Positions 62,682-64,000 of a DNA stretch of 64,000 nt are shown here, in pieces. The notes below the pieces were generated by a model. The model worked only from the letters and a program-made list of their open reading frames with translations. It was not told the origin of the DNA and did no database searches. Each line of letters opens with the position of its first letter. Positions within the stretch are counted from its first letter, which is position 1. The position numbers and the translations under genes were made by a program. Source of the stretch: Botryllus schlosseri (taxonomy: Eukaryota); the NCBI GenBank assembly GCA_051294905.1, contig CM119376.1, positions 23,188,001 through 23,252,000 on the forward strand, in the 5' to 3' direction.

Positions 62682-63181
62682 TAGGGCTCTTCAAAAATCA
62701 CTTTTTTCTCAAATAGCACTGGCTACATGATAAAATTGTTTTGTTACCTAATTTAAGCCTACACAAGCCTCACCAAATTTGGTTTGATTCCAGCCAGTAG
62801 AAGCGGAGTTATCGCCGTCGAAGAATTTGGATTATGAATAAAATAGTATTTACGGTGACCAATTCCTAAATTATTTATTATAGTGGTGCCCACCGTAAAT
62901 ACTATTTTATTCAAATCCAAATTTTTTGACGGCAATAACTCCGCTTTTACTAATTGGAATTCAACCAAATTTGGTGAACATCGTTGCTATAGACAACCTA
63001 ACTCTTTCATAGGGTGAACAGCAAATTTTATTTTCATATAATTGATAGAAACTTTCTTCTCCTGTAGCAATGCGGCTACTGGTTGGAATAGAACCAAATT
63101 TTGTGTGTAGGCTTAAATTAGGTAACCCATCAATTTCATCAAGTAGCCAGTGCGATTTGAGAAAAGTCATTTATAGCCCTA
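62682..63181. mobile_element. Long-TIR foldback (MULE-like) element, 500 bp
   Basis: Termini tagggct / agcccta with degenerate inverted arms; exact 9-bp TSD ttgtaacat (62673-62681, 63182-63190). Confidence 0.8.
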
Positions 63182-63664
63182 TTGTAACATGTCGTAGTGC
63201 GATTATGGTTGACATTTTTGTGTTTTGCATACTTTTAAATGACAGGTTTCACCATAATACCTCGAGGCAATAATAAGAAATTTCCGCCTTGTTGATTTGG
63301 TGCAACACGGAAATCCTGATATGCGAATCGTCAGTGACACTGATCGTGGAGAACGAGATATGGTCCTTTCAGCGGTGATTTCGTGGTACAGATTATACTT
63401 CATAGCCTGGTGCATGCTTGATCTTTTGTCTGACTCTGTTCTTTGAACGTCCCTGGAGCTCAACTACATGCTATGACCAACTTGTGCTAAGAGTTGAAAA
63501 TTGTGAGATGGATGTCAGACTGGAATGAACTATGGCTTGTTTAGCCCAGTAGCCGTACCGGAAGGTGCCCGCAATCGTTTTTATTATCAATCACAGCATA
63601 AGACTACGCTTCAATGAAAAGTTACGAAGTAGTCTTCTAATCAGACGGCCACCTTGGCCTAGAA

Positions 63665-63813
63665 CAGGGGTCGCCAATTCACCTTCCGCATGTAGTCCAA
63701 CAGGATATATCCTGGATGATAACGGGGAAGATGAGAACCTATGTCTCTCGATATTGCTATGTTTTGGCCTGCGGCGCCTACCAAGTTGGAAATTTTTGGG
63801 TTGGTAACCCCTG
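63665..63813. mobile_element. hAT MITE, 149 bp, inserted in a LINE-like fragment
   Basis: Termini caggggtcgccaa / ttggtaacccctg; exact 8-bp TSD gcctagaa. Confidence 0.85.
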
Positions 63814-64000
63814 GCCTAGAAGGTGCAAGAGGTCAGTGTACGTTGCCTAGTGAATGAGAAGCAATACAATATAATGGCCAGATCAGCGCCAACACTTGAA
63901 GGTCCTTATTAGAACACTGGTCAAAACGGGGTGATCTCTGTCGGTCGGTAGGCGATGAGGTCACATCGTTGTCCGTTAATCACGCGCGCTGACTAGTATT

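Overview
This is gene-dense DNA from an animal genome (AT-rich, spliceosomal introns, many MITEs), not a prokaryote. Ten distinct housekeeping genes are recognisable. On the + strand: SAC3D1, SAMHD1 (intronless, no SAM domain), a 9-exon Gfo/Idh/MocA oxidoreductase, SMC4 (intronless) and MMS22L. On the - strand: IFT74 (intronless), Rab escort protein (intronless) and a 5-exon AtuA/DUF1446 protein. On the + strand again: NOP16 and PBDC1. The genes form tight co-directional runs, and each has an apparently unpaired AG acceptor just upstream of its ATG. That pattern suggests SL trans-splicing and operons, possibly fed by retroposed intronless genes (inference). A near-identical tandem duplication (1861-13231 copied at 13235-23070) doubles the oxidoreductase. 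The copy has a templated 8-bp repeat at its junction and a 1534-bp deletion that removes most of SAMHD1. Introns and spacers hold many hAT MITEs with verifiable 8-bp TSDs, long-TIR foldback elements, a tRNA-SINE and LINE-like 3' fragments. All identifications come from motif recall and manual translation; no database searches were run.
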